Below are positions 42,193 to 52,855 of a DNA stretch of 64,000 nucleotides, in pieces; the first letter of the stretch is position 1, and each line of letters starts with the position of its first letter. This DNA is from an uncultured Methanoregulaceae archaeon. Its GTDB lineage: Archaea; Halobacteriota; Methanomicrobia; Methanomicrobiales; Methanospirillaceae. The notes under the pieces are model-generated. The model did no database searches. It was not told where the DNA came from and was given only the letters and a program-made list of their open reading frames with translations. Made by a program: the position numbers and the translations under genes. The DNA lies in the NCBI GenBank assembly GCA_963701095.1, contig OY969564.1, positions 1 to 64,000 on the forward strand, given 5' to 3'.

Positions 42193-42264
42193 TTACCGAT
42201 ACCAGGAATAAAACCTGAATCTAAAATAGCTAAAAAAACCGAAAACGCTAGAGCAAAGGCTCAT
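42193..42264 (-). CDS. Putative aromatic-amino-acid leader peptide
   Basis: MSLCSSVFGFFSYFRFRFYSWYR*: 6 Phe, 3 Tyr, 1 Trp; ends 54 nt before the operon's first ATG. Confidence 0.55.
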   Translation of the reverse strand: MSLCSSVFGFFSYFRFRFYSWYR

Positions 42265-42460
42265 AACGCATGTTTTTTCAGAAACGGGACTGATTATGCT
42301 CCGGACGGGTGCTGCGCTTTCAGAGATAAAGACATTCACGAGGGAAAAAACCCTCACGGGCGCTGGCGCACTCTTCCTGCATGATCATTTGTTTGGATTT
42401 GTGCCTATATAATTGTGTGTGCTAATGTGTAGCATGGCAGAAAAATATAACCTTATTCCA

Positions 42461-45139
42461 TTATTGTTTTCCGGTAAACCGGAATGATCCGGTCGGTACT
42501 GCCATCTCAAATCGTGCTCCTGCTCCGGGCTCTCCTGTTTCCCGGATCGTGATTCCGGTAAGGGAGAGGATTTCCCGGGCAAGGAAAAGACCGAGGCCGG
42601 TATTCTTCCCAAAACCACGATCGAATATCTTTTCCTTATACTCCTGGAGAACACCGACTCCGTCATCTTCACAGACAATAATCTCGTTTCCATTCTTCTC
42701 AGAAAGAGAGAACCGGATGGTGCTGATTTTTCCTCCATACCGGATCGCATTATCGACGAGATTGTAGATTACCTTGACAATTAACGGATCGGAAAAAACT
42801 TCTGCACCTGCGGGAATCTCGTTTTTTACCATGACATTTCCCAGCGACACCTGCCGTACTGCAGTTTCAGCAAGATTCCGTATGTCCTGCCATACAGGAT
42901 CTGTTTTCCGTACCGATTCGTATGCACTGGCAAACTGGATCATGGAGGAAATACGCGTGCTTACCTGAGAGATCCAGGTAAAATAATCCTCGACAGAAGG
43001 ATCCTTGACTTTTTCGTGAAGCAATTCAAGGAAACCATTCAATGCAAGAAGCTGGTTATTGATATCATGTCTGGTCACATGGGTGAGAAGAGCAAGGCTC
43101 CTATTAGCCTGCTGGAGCGCTTCTTCTGATCTACGGGATTCGGTTACGTCGCGGATAGCGCCGATTAATATTTCTTGTCCCTGGAAAGACATGACGTTTA
43201 CGGTAATTTCGACCGGGAAGACACTGCCGTCTTTTCTCTTATGATACCTGTCCCGTATAAATTTCGTCCTCTCTGCGATCGCGGAACGTGTAGCATCCGA
43301 CTCAGCGGAAAGGGCAGTTATAGGTAGTCCACGTAAGTCGTCAGTCAAATACCCATGCATGACTGCCAATGCATCGTTACAATCAATAATTTTCCCGGTT
43401 TTCTGGTCTATCAATGCAATACCGTCGGATTCAGCGGCAAATATACCCCTGAATTTCGCCTCACTTTCCATGAGAGCAGCTTCGATGCGTTTACGTTCCG
43501 TGATATCTGAACCGATGCTGAAGAGGCCGGTAAACTCACCGTTCTCATCAAACAGCGGTTTGTTGTACCACCGGATCCAGACACGCCTTCCGTAATGTGT
43601 TATATTCTCATTTTCATTGACAACGTAATTTTCAGGACGGCGGATAATATCCTCAATCATGTGAGCGAGACCCTTGTCCGATCCTGATTCACTGGCAGGA
43701 ACGATCGTTTCCATGACCGATCGTCCAATGATCTCATCACTGGAATAACCGAAGAACTCCAGGGCATATTCATTTGCGAAGGTAATTATGCCCGATTTAT
43801 CCCATTTTACGATTATACTGTTTGCGTTTTCGATCAATTCACGGTATTTTTCCTCGCTCTCCCGCAGCAATATTTCGGCCTGCTTCCTTCGGGTAATATC
43901 ACGGAGAATGACAAGTCCTGCGGGTTTACCCTGGTACCGGTAGGGTGCAATGGATGATTCGACGTTGATGGGGGTACCGTCAATTTTAAGGTATACTGAC
44001 TCACTAATGCCGCCAGGTTTCCCCTCTTTCATAACGTTCACTGCACGTTTGCGGATCTCTTCGTGATAAGAAGGATGGATCCGGTCGTAGAGTGATGTGT
44101 TCACAAGCTGATCTACAGATGTAGCACCCATGAGCCGGACCATCGCCGGATTAACATAGGCAAATGAATCACCGACAATAATATAAATGGCGTCAGGTGC
44201 CGCTTCGACAAGCTGTTGAAAATTCTCCTCGGTTTCCCGGATCAGGTTCTCTGTTCGTCCGAGCTCATCAAACTGGCTGCGCAGCTCTTCTTCGGAAGCA
44301 GCAATCTGCTCGTATGCGGCTCTCAGTTCAGTTTCAGCCCGTTTTTGTTCAGTTATGTCACGGATGGATTCAATTGCGCCTAAAATTTTTCCTTTATCAT
44401 CGAGAAGAAGGCTAGCTTTTGCCCAAAGATTGACATTTGTTCCATCAGGCCTCACAAAAGAGGTCTCCGCCATCAGCACCCTTCCACCGTGTATCGTATA
44501 GGTATAGTGTTCTTTCTCGAATACGGCATTCGGATCAAGGATGAGGTCAGCAAGCATCGGCCGGCGTTTTTGATATATTGTTAAAGCATGTTCGTAGTTA
44601 TTTTTTCCAAGAATTTCTGAAGGTCTGACCCCGGTCATTTCTTCCATCGCACGGTTCCACACAATAACCTTTCTCGATTTGTCAAGGACAAAGGTGGGGT
44701 CCGGCAGGAAATTGATGATATCGGTTTCACGGCGTTCATGTTCACGCAGCTGCGTCTCTGCCCATCTTTTCTGGACAGCGTGGCGGAGTTTGAATGCAAG
44801 CTCGGTAAACTGGGAAACGGGCTCGCCACCTTTCTGGAGATAGAAATCGGCACCTTCATTGAGTGCCTGAATGACGATCTCTTCCCTTCCTCTTCCGGTA
44901 AAAAGGATAAAGGGAATCGTTTTTCCTGAACTACGGACTTTTTTCAGGAATTCAATTCCATCAATCTCAGGCATCTGGTAATCGGAAACGATAGCGTCAT
45001 AGTTTTTTGTTGCCATCAGCACCAGTGCATCCCGTGCTGAGCTAATGATATCAACAGAAAACTGACCGCCCCGCTCAAGAAAAAGTTTTCCGATTTCAAG
45101 CATGGCCGATTCATCATCGACGTAGAGGATGGAAATCAT
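42461..45139 (-). CDS. Hybrid sensor: receiver - multiple PAS - histidine kinase
   Basis: LYVDDE..DYQMP..FTGRG..QKG; four PAS/PAC blocks (RDITE); TRHDINN, YNLVDNA, EDDGVG, TGLGL. Confidence 0.93.
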   Translation of the reverse strand: MISILYVDDESAMLEIGKLFLERGGQFSVDIISSARDALVLMATKNYDAIVSDYQMPEIDGIEFLKKVRSSGKTIPFILFTGRGREEIVIQALNEGADFYLQKGGEPVSQFTELAFKLRHAVQKRWAETQLREHERRETDIINFLPDPTFVLDKSRKVIVWNRAMEEMTGVRPSEILGKNNYEHALTIYQKRRPMLADLILDPNAVFEKEHYTYTIHGGRVLMAETSFVRPDGTNVNLWAKASLLLDDKGKILGAIESIRDITEQKRAETELRAAYEQIAASEEELRSQFDELGRTENLIRETEENFQQLVEAAPDAIYIIVGDSFAYVNPAMVRLMGATSVDQLVNTSLYDRIHPSYHEEIRKRAVNVMKEGKPGGISESVYLKIDGTPINVESSIAPYRYQGKPAGLVILRDITRRKQAEILLRESEEKYRELIENANSIIVKWDKSGIITFANEYALEFFGYSSDEIIGRSVMETIVPASESGSDKGLAHMIEDIIRRPENYVVNENENITHYGRRVWIRWYNKPLFDENGEFTGLFSIGSDITERKRIEAALMESEAKFRGIFAAESDGIALIDQKTGKIIDCNDALAVMHGYLTDDLRGLPITALSAESDATRSAIAERTKFIRDRYHKRKDGSVFPVEITVNVMSFQGQEILIGAIRDVTESRRSEEALQQANRSLALLTHVTRHDINNQLLALNGFLELLHEKVKDPSVEDYFTWISQVSTRISSMIQFASAYESVRKTDPVWQDIRNLAETAVRQVSLGNVMVKNEIPAGAEVFSDPLIVKVIYNLVDNAIRYGGKISTIRFSLSEKNGNEIIVCEDDGVGVLQEYKEKIFDRGFGKNTGLGLFLAREILSLTGITIRETGEPGAGARFEMAVPTGSFRFTGKQ

Positions 45140-45309
45140 ATCTGTCCAGGGTCCGGCGCGATTACCATTATAAATCTTGTTTATCAGGTGAAAACACTTG
45201 GTATTTCCATTTTAAGACAGAACATGATAACAGTTACCCAAGCAAAAGGGATACCAAAAAGGACGGGGATGAAAAAAATCATATCCCTGTTACCCAAAAA
45301 AATCAGGTG

Positions 45310-45822
45310 TTATTTTTTGGATTTCTTGATGATGGTAAGATCTCCGAGCGTCTGGGTAATCTTTGCCTGGGTCTTTTTCTCCGCATCCGCTGAAACAACA
45401 TCGATAAGCTTGATGCCAAGGACTTTTTCAAGTTTTTTCCTGACTTCCTCTTCAGGGATAAGCTCTCCTTTCTCGATCTTTTTAATAAGCAGTTCCCGTA
45501 CCATCATGTGGAGGGCAAGATCTTTCATGGACAGGCCTTTTTCCATTCGTGCCTTCTTTACCCGGTCGGCATAATCCTCAACAATCTCACCTTCCATGAA
45601 ATCGAACATATCTCGTTTCCGTTGTGCGGGCATTGTTATCGCTGCCGGAGCCCTCGCGTTCTGCGCAGGCCGGCCAGCCGTCCGCTGTATATCTGTTCGC
45701 CGGACTTGTTGCACTTCGGTACCAAACTTTCCGCACCGGCTGCAGACCTGCAACTCCGCGCCTTCCACGCGGATCAATTTCGGGATGCCGCGAATTGATT
45801 CTCCACACATTTCGCACTGCAT
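45310..45822 (-). CDS. Archaeal multiprotein bridging factor aMBF1
   Basis: CEMCG..VCSRC zinc ribbon, HTH, C-terminal TLGD. Confidence 0.93.
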   Translation of the reverse strand: MQCEMCGESIRGIPKLIRVEGAELQVCSRCGKFGTEVQQVRRTDIQRTAGRPAQNARAPAAITMPAQRKRDMFDFMEGEIVEDYADRVKKARMEKGLSMKDLALHMMVRELLIKKIEKGELIPEEEVRKKLEKVLGIKLIDVVSADAEKKTQAKITQTLGDLTIIKKSKK

Positions 45823-45877
45823 AATCTCACAAACACTTTATATGACGATTTCCCTATATAACTACTTGAGGAACGTG

Positions 45878-47188
45878 ATGGGCGATATTCTCCGTGAAAC
45901 TGCGGAACAGCAGACTCCAGAGGAACTGTGCCGGCTGTATAGAACCCTCACTGAACAGCTGCGTGACCAGCTTCAGAGGATCGAGACCGACAAACAGGAT
46001 CTCGAAACCCATTTGCTGGAACGGGTGACTAATCTTGAATCACGCAACCTGGAGCTCCGCGAGCAGATCCGGCAGAGTGAAGCGGACCGGCGGTATATCG
46101 AGACCCAGAAGATCCGGTTCGAACGGGAAGTTAGAAAACTCAAAAGCGAAAGTGAGCAGCTCAGAAGCCCGCCGCTTATTATCGGAACCATAGTTGACGT
46201 AGTCGATACAACCCGGGTCATTGTAAGGAGTAGTGCCGGACCACGGTTTCTGGTGCGTAGCTCTCCCAGCATTAACCCTGAAGATTTAAAAGCCGGTGCA
46301 CGGTGCACACTTAACCAGCAGTCTCTTGCCATCGTGGAACTACTGCCAAGTTCTTTTGATGCACAGGTCTACGGCATGGAACTGGTGGATTCGCCGCAGG
46401 AAACGTATTCTGATATTGGTGGACTAAAAGATCAGATAAACGAGATTCGTGAGGCAGTAGAGCTTCCGCTTAAACGACCCGAACTCTTCACAAGGATAGG
46501 TATCGAACCTCCTAAAGGTGTCCTGCTTCACGGTCCGCCGGGAACGGGAAAAACTCTGCTTGCAAAAGCGGTTGCCCATGAGACAAATGCGCATTTTATG
46601 CGGGTTGTAGGAAGCGAACTGGTACAGAAATATATAGGTGAAGGAGCCCGCCTTGTTCGTGAGCTATTTGACCTGGCAAAAAAGAAGTCGCCAACCATTA
46701 TATTCATCGATGAGATTGATGCAGTGGGCGCCTCACGTACAGAAGCAAATACTTCGGGTGACCGCGAAGTACAGCGGACTCTCATGCAACTTCTCGCGGG
46801 CATGGACGGCTTTGAGAACCGGGGCGACGTAAAGATCATAGCGGCAACCAACAGGATCGATATTCTAGATAAGGCACTTCTTAGGCCAGGAAGGTTCGAT
46901 AGGATCATCGAGATCCCGTTACCTGATGAAGAAGGCCGGCTTTCCATCCTTAAAGTTCACAGCCGGACCCTCACGATAGACGAGACGGTCAATCTTTCCG
47001 AAGTTGCCAGCCTGACCGAAGGAAAAAATGGTGCTGATCTCCGTGCGGTTTGCATGGAAGCCGGTATGTACGCTATCAGGAATGAGCGTGCCGCGATCAC
47101 CCGCGAAGATTTCCTTCAGGCAATCGAAAAAGTCCGCCTCGATTTCAACAGTACCCTTCACGATGTTGAAGGACGGATGTTTGCATAA
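45878..47188 (+). CDS. pan: Proteasome-activating nucleotidase, copy 1
   Basis: Coiled coil, [36 protein letters not shown]-terminal MFA. Confidence 0.95.
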   Translation: MGDILRETAEQQTPEELCRLYRTLTEQLRDQLQRIETDKQDLETHLLERVTNLESRNLELREQIRQSEADRRYIETQKIRFEREVRKLKSESEQLRSPPLIIGTIVDVVDTTRVIVRSSAGPRFLVRSSPSINPEDLKAGARCTLNQQSLAIVELLPSSFDAQVYGMELVDSPQETYSDIGGLKDQINEIREAVELPLKRPELFTRIGIEPPKGVLLHGPPGTGKTLLAKAVAHETNAHFMRVVGSELVQKYIGEGARLVRELFDLAKKKSPTIIFIDEIDAVGASRTEANTSGDREVQRTLMQLLAGMDGFENRGDVKIIAATNRIDILDKALLRPGRFDRIIEIPLPDEEGRLSILKVHSRTLTIDETVNLSEVASLTEGKNGADLRAVCMEAGMYAIRNERAAITREDFLQAIEKVRLDFNSTLHDVEGRMFA

Positions 47189-47243
47189 TTTTTTCTTAGC
47201 CGGATAAATAGTCTTAAATTGTCCGGCATTTTTTTTGCGGATC

Positions 47244-48080
47244 TTAAAAATGGATTAAAAGTTCACAAAAAGGGGGTTGAAAATTACATTTCGGGTGCGG
47301 GGAAACCTGGTGCTGTTCTCCCAGCTCGTATATGAGAGTGAAATACCGAGCTACGAAGATCGTAAAGAACGGGTTTACTACAAGGATAAAAATCCAGCCG
47401 ATATAAGGAATGAAAGCAATTACCATAACGACGACAAAATAGATAGCAGCAGCCACGGCAAAAAGAACCAGTGCAATGATATAATTCCCCCATCCGATCG
47501 TCCGAATCTGGGTGAGGATCTGGGAAAAATTGATTCCCTCGCTGATGCTGTTTGTCCGGGCAAACCGGATCACACCGAGAATTCCAAATAGTAGGGCAAT
47601 TATGATAAGGATTGATCCCGCTATCAGGAGAAGAGACAAGAGTAGGAGAAAAGACAGGTTAGACCCAGAAGTATCAGTAAAAGAAACCAAGAATTCTGCA
47701 CTTGTCAAGACGGTAATTACAATACCCGGCATAAACCAGAGAATCCATACAATATCGAGCTTGATACCATCAATAAAGAGATTTGTCCACCCGGTGAAGT
47801 CAGGAGCCGGTTTTACACCCCGGTATATCCGGACAATATAACCTGTGATGAAGAACGATAAAAGTAAACCAACCCCACACAGGATCGCGATCTGACTCCA
47901 GGGTATGGCACTCCAGTTGATACCTCCTGTACTGGCAACAAATGTTTTGGGATTGATGACGAACCGGATAAGAGATGCCGGGAGGGCAAATACAATGAAG
48001 ATAGCCCAACGCAGCCATTTTCCCATAAGAGCTTCCAGCGAATATGTCACTGAGTCTGTAAGTACTGCCGAAAAATCCAT
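47244..48080 (-). CDS. DUF4013-type membrane protein
   Basis: GYIVRIYRG..P..W..LFIDGIK, IRFART, IGWGNY. Confidence 0.8.
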   Translation of the reverse strand: MDFSAVLTDSVTYSLEALMGKWLRWAIFIVFALPASLIRFVINPKTFVASTGGINWSAIPWSQIAILCGVGLLLSFFITGYIVRIYRGVKPAPDFTGWTNLFIDGIKLDIVWILWFMPGIVITVLTSAEFLVSFTDTSGSNLSFLLLLSLLLIAGSILIIIALLFGILGVIRFARTNSISEGINFSQILTQIRTIGWGNYIIALVLFAVAAAIYFVVVMVIAFIPYIGWIFILVVNPFFTIFVARYFTLIYELGEQHQVSPHPKCNFQPPFCELLIHF

Positions 48081-48283
48081 TGAAATCTTTGGATTGTTTT
48101 AAAATTTCGATATATAAACCGTCCGTATTTCATCTTCGGTTGTTTAGACGATCCAGAAAATAATTTTTTCATTAGAACATATCCAGACCTTGTTGAGTAC
48201 GTCTTTCCCTCTTTCTATAACCGCGATCTTTTTCTCGTCATACGTAGACTTTTACGGAGTTATTATCCGCTAAGTGAGGGAAT

Positions 48284-48955
48284 ATGAGCGATCCAGAACC
48301 TAAAGATGAAATCACTTTGAACAGTGCCGATCCTGTTGATGAGACCGCAACTGTGCCGGAGCCTTCGGGAGATAAAGAAAAGACACCTGCAGAACCGAAC
48401 GATGTAAAAAAAGAAAAAGGGGGCCAGAATAGACAAAAAATGCTCCTTATTGCTGCCGGTATTGTTATAATTATCGCCCTTGTGGCGATAGGCGCCTATG
48501 TCCTCTCTCTCCCTCCTGTCGCTACAAACGGGGATACGGTATTTGTGTATTATAACGAATCTTTTGAAAATGGGACGATAATTTCTACAAATATGAATAC
48601 CACGGATCCCCTTGTGTTTACCCTTGGTAATTCCAGCTACATCGCCGGTTTTCAGGATGCTGTAATCGGAATGTCAGAAAACGAAGTGAAAACCGTTGAT
48701 ATTCCGTTCACGAAGGCCTATGGGGCGTACGATCCCGGGCTTATCCAGATGATAAACCGTACTGGGCCGATTGCAAATAAAACCTTTATTCCCGGTCATT
48801 ATTACACGGTATACTACAAACCGGCAAACTCTTACAGCCTTGTAAAAGTGCTCAATGTCACGCCGACAACCATAACCTGGGATGCAAACAACCCACTTGT
48901 CGGGTATAACCTTACGTACACCATAAAACTTGCTAATGTCCTAAAGCCGTCATAG
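48284..48955 (+). CDS. Membrane-anchored FKBP-type peptidyl-prolyl isomerase
   Basis: TM segment; GDTVFVYY, PLVFTLG, IAGF..AVIGM, AYG, DANNPLVG..L. Confidence 0.85.
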   Translation: MSDPEPKDEITLNSADPVDETATVPEPSGDKEKTPAEPNDVKKEKGGQNRQKMLLIAAGIVIIIALVAIGAYVLSLPPVATNGDTVFVYYNESFENGTIISTNMNTTDPLVFTLGNSSYIAGFQDAVIGMSENEVKTVDIPFTKAYGAYDPGLIQMINRTGPIANKTFIPGHYYTVYYKPANSYSLVKVLNVTPTTITWDANNPLVGYNLTYTIKLANVLKPS

Positions 48956-49023
48956 TTGGCAATTCAATTTCTCTTTTTATTCAAAAAATTTTAAAAATTG
49001 TGTTGGTCTTTCGATCTTTTCCA

Positions 49024-49527
49024 TCATGGGCCCGGCCCTTCGGCGGGGTTTTCTCCAGCCGCTTCAGGTGTGATCAGTTCCCCGATATCCTCCACTTCGT
49101 CCTCGTTGCACCATACTTCGATTATGGTTTCAGAACCACCAAGTTGAGTTGCATAATCCTGTATTGTAGATCCCTGTGCCATTATGAGCCTCCGGGTTGG
49201 TTTTCCGGAAGATAATCCATAAATCCGCCGGGACGCCCATGGTTTTGTGAGAATTGCCGTGCGCTCATAGTAAATGTCCTGCGCAAGGTCGTGGGTGCAG
49301 AAGATCCCGTCTTCGACTTCAAAAAGGGTTTCCCTCACATAACGCCGGAGATACCAGCGCAGTTCCGAAATGAGGGACAAGGCGCTTCCCAGGGACGCGA
49401 CCGAGATCGTGACGCCATAGGATACTTTTTTCGGATGGTAAAACCGGAGTGCAAGCCGGCTTGTCTCTGATGAAAAAAGGGTATGATGGAGATCGGTCCC
49501 TTCCCGTTGGATCAAAAGAATATTCAT
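49024..49527 (-). CDS. Conserved archaeal protein (DUF5804-like)
   Basis: LFSSETSRLALRFY, SLGSALSLISELRWYLRRYV. Confidence 0.7.
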   Translation of the reverse strand: MNILLIQREGTDLHHTLFSSETSRLALRFYHPKKVSYGVTISVASLGSALSLISELRWYLRRYVRETLFEVEDGIFCTHDLAQDIYYERTAILTKPWASRRIYGLSSGKPTRRLIMAQGSTIQDYATQLGGSETIIEVWCNEDEVEDIGELITPEAAGENPAEGPGP

Positions 49528-49574
49528 CCGGGCTCTCCGTGCAGTATCGTGAACAGCCCACCAATGCGACGGGT

Positions 49575-50735
49575 TCAGGTATACATGCGGGTGTCAATGG
49601 TCGTATCTGCCCTGACTTTCTTTACGGCTTCTGTAAAATCCTTCATCTCAACAGCCGGGGCATCACGGCGTACCGCCATCATCCCTGCCTCACGGCAGAT
49701 GGCCTGAAGTTCAGCCCCGGTCGCTCCTTCGGTCATGCCAGCAATAACTTCGATATTGATATCTGAGAGATGCATCTTGTTTGAATGGATTTTGAGAATT
49801 TCAAGCCGTGCCAGACAGTCGGGTAACGGAATCTTGATCAGGCGGTCAAACCTGCCAGGCCGAAGAAGGGCGGGATCAAGCATGTCAACCCGGTTTGTTG
49901 CAGCCATAATCCGTATCTCTCCCCGGTTATCAAAGCCATCCATCTCCGCAAGGAGCTGCATGAGCGTCCTCTGGACTTCCGCACTCCCACTTGTTCCGTC
50001 ATTGGTCCGCATGCTTCCGACAGCATCAATTTCGTCAATAAACACAATAGCCGGCGCCCGTTCGCGGGCAAGCGTGAAAAGCTCGCGGACAAGTCCTGCC
50101 CCCTCACCGATAAACTTGTGAACGAGCTCGCTTCCTGACATCCGTATAAACGTGGCTTTTGCTTCATGAGCGACCGCTTTTGCGATCAGGGTTTTTCCCG
50201 TTCCCGGGGGGCCGTAAAGCAGGATACCTTTCGGCGGTTCCACGCCGATCCTCCGGAATATCTCGGGTTTTGTAAGCGGATATTCCACCGCTTCCCTCAC
50301 TTCTTTGATCTCATCGGTCAGCCCGCCAATCTGGGCATAGCTGATCGTTGGTGACTCTTCAAGTTCCATGACCCGGACACGGGAATCATACACATTTCCA
50401 ATCACTTTGACAATGGAAAGCGCATTGTTCACCGCAACTTTTGTCCCGGGTTTCAACAGGGGCCGGAGCTCTTCAGATGCATGGGTCAGGTATTCCTGGT
50501 TATTACCCTGCTGGCGGAGATAGATCTCATTATTCTCCAGAATATCGATAATGACCGCGACAAACAACGGCATGCGCTTGAGCTGGTTATTTTCGCGTTT
50601 CAGCTGCGCGTTTTCTTTCTGGAGATCTTCGGCTCTGACCTTCTGTTCAAGGAGCGCCGCCTCGAGCTCATTTATCTGGATCTGGTATTTGAGTTCGTTT
50701 TGGGCCGGCGGGTTATCGACCGAGGTCTCTTCCAT
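49575..50735 (-). CDS. pan: Proteasome-activating nucleotidase, copy 2
   Basis: Coiled coil, [30 protein letters not shown]-terminal HbYX MYT. Confidence 0.95.
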   Translation of the reverse strand: MEETSVDNPPAQNELKYQIQINELEAALLEQKVRAEDLQKENAQLKRENNQLKRMPLFVAVIIDILENNEIYLRQQGNNQEYLTHASEELRPLLKPGTKVAVNNALSIVKVIGNVYDSRVRVMELEESPTISYAQIGGLTDEIKEVREAVEYPLTKPEIFRRIGVEPPKGILLYGPPGTGKTLIAKAVAHEAKATFIRMSGSELVHKFIGEGAGLVRELFTLARERAPAIVFIDEIDAVGSMRTNDGTSGSAEVQRTLMQLLAEMDGFDNRGEIRIMAATNRVDMLDPALLRPGRFDRLIKIPLPDCLARLEILKIHSNKMHLSDINIEVIAGMTEGATGAELQAICREAGMMAVRRDAPAVEMKDFTEAVKKVRADTTIDTRMYT

Positions 50736-50773
50736 ATTACTCTTATATCTTTATCTTCAACCATTTATGTGGT

Positions 50774-51187
50774 GTGATTTTGATAATAACCGGTCGCAGC
50801 ATTTCCGGGGGAAGAGGTTCAGGCAAGCTTCTGATAAGTCCGGAGCCGATATCATTCCTGTCAGGCGTCGATCCCGAAACCGGCGTAATTGTGGAGAAGG
50901 GCCACCCGCTTGAAGGTACCTCAGTTGCCGGGACAGTACTTGCTTTTCCATACGGTAAAGGTTCAACAGTGGGATCTTACGTAATATACGCTCTTTCAAG
51001 GAACGGCCACGCCCCGGCTGCCATTGTCAACATGGAAGCAGAATCCATCATCGCTACCGGGGCTATTATCGGTAATATTCCGATGATAGATCACCCTGAT
51101 GTTCCCCTTTCCCGTTTGAAGACCAGGACGCGCGTGAAAGTGGATGGTGACTGCGGGACAATGGAATACGAAGGATCCCTGGAATAA
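50774..51187 (+). CDS. DUF126 / aconitase X small (swivel) subunit
   Basis: ISFLSGVDPETG, GHPL, GKGSTVGSY, APAAI. Confidence 0.88.
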   Translation: MILIITGRSISGGRGSGKLLISPEPISFLSGVDPETGVIVEKGHPLEGTSVAGTVLAFPYGKGSTVGSYVIYALSRNGHAPAAIVNMEAESIIATGAIIGNIPMIDHPDVPLSRLKTRTRVKVDGDCGTMEYEGSLE

Positions 51188-51195
51188 GAAACCCG

Positions 51196-52855
51196 TTACC
51201 GGAAACCTGTACCCGATTTTATCGAAGTTACCGGGATACCAGGAATATTTTCCTCTTCCTTCTGACTATCGCAGGGGTTGGAGGTTATTACTTCTATTTT
51301 CAGGCGTTTCTGGAAGACTCTTTCGAAGGTCCTTTGCTCGGCCTCTGCTCCCCAGATCTCGAGCTGGCAGTCGTTTTCTGCTACGATATTAAGGAAAACC
51401 TCGTTTTTTTCTGCCCGGACAAACTCAGCATGCTGGACAAAGCCTGCATGGCTTCGGTCAAGACTCTCGCTTAACCTGATAAACATGGCAAGGACCAGTA
51501 CGGTCCGCTGATCATTATCAGCTGAGTTCCGGTAGATCGAGATGTTTTTTTCGCGGTTTCTTTTTGCGGTGGAACTTGGCGATATTAGCCATGATATCGA
51601 TCTCTTTCTGGTCAAAACCGAGGAGTTCGGAATTTTTGATAATGTAGTAGGAGTGGGCATGGTGATTGGTATAAGATATAAACGAACCGATGTCATGCAG
51701 GAACGCGGCATACTCAAGCAGTTCACGTTCCCAATCCCCATAAGAATGCAGGCGGACATCTTTTGCCGAATCAAATATTTCAAGTGCAAGCCGGGTAACG
51801 TTCCGGGCATGGGCTTCGTTAATCCCGCAGGATCTTCCCAGTTGAAGAACGCTCCTTTCACGGGGAGATAATGTGCCAAAAAGAGGGAAGTTTTCCATGC
51901 GGGAGAGATAATCCATTAAAAGACCATCCTGTAATCCGCGGCTCGTTGTGGTTATCGATTCAATCCCGATTTCCTTCATGAAGGTCTCAAGGATTATCCC
52001 TCCGGCAATGATGATATCGGCCCGTTCAGGATTGATCCCGGGAATCTGGCGGCGCTCCTCAAGAGGGAGTGCACACAAAAGATCAATTGTTTTTTTGAGA
52101 TCGCGGTAGGTTAATACTCCGGCGGGAGCATTTTGTTCGATATGATGAGTTCGCTCGACAATATCTGCGAGGTTCATGATACTACCGGAACTACCGATGG
52201 CAAGATCTATTTTCTGAAGTTTGATTTTCTGGATCGTGTGGATAATGGCGTTTCTTACATATTGCTGGACGATCCTGTACTGGTCGGGCCGTACTGGTCC
52301 TGACGGTGATTCTGAGAAAAACATGTTCGTCAGCCGGATAGCGCCAAGCCTGAAACTTTCCAGTTCCTGGAACTGGTGCTGTCCCCCCACCGATATTTCG
52401 GTGCTTCCGCCACCGATATCGATAAAAAAAGCCTGTCGGTCGCCAAGGTGCATCCCACTTGCGACACCAAGATAGATCAACCGTGCCTCTTCAAGACCGG
52501 AGATGACCCTTACGTCGATCTGGGCTTCATGGCGCAACCGGTCAAGAAGCACGTTCTGGTTTGAAGCTTCCCTGGCCGCTGAAGTGGCAACCGCAACAAA
52601 TTCTTCGGCATTGAACGTTCTCGCAAGATCGGCAAATTTTCGGCACACAACGCAGGTCCGGTCGATAGCCTCCGGCGTGATCTCTTCTTCATCAAACTCA
52701 CCTTCGCCAAGCCTTACCTGCTGTTTCTGTCGTGTAAGGATACTGTAGGAATGGTTGGGATTAAGCCGGACCACAAGCATACGGACCGAATTTGTGCCGA
52801 TATCGATAAATGCAACAATACGTCCGGCAGCCCCGATCTTTCGTTTGGACTTCAC
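51196..52855 (-). CDS. ppx: Exopolyphosphatase Ppx/GppA with HD domain (frameshift ~51545)
   Basis: DIGTNS, ATSAAREA, EEARL, DIGGGSTE, LHDIG; tail RLSESLDRSH in another frame. Confidence 0.93.

Noticed and set aside
45596..45877. N-terminal extension of PAN copy 1
   Set aside because: Antisense overlap with aMBF1; the real start is ATG 45878.
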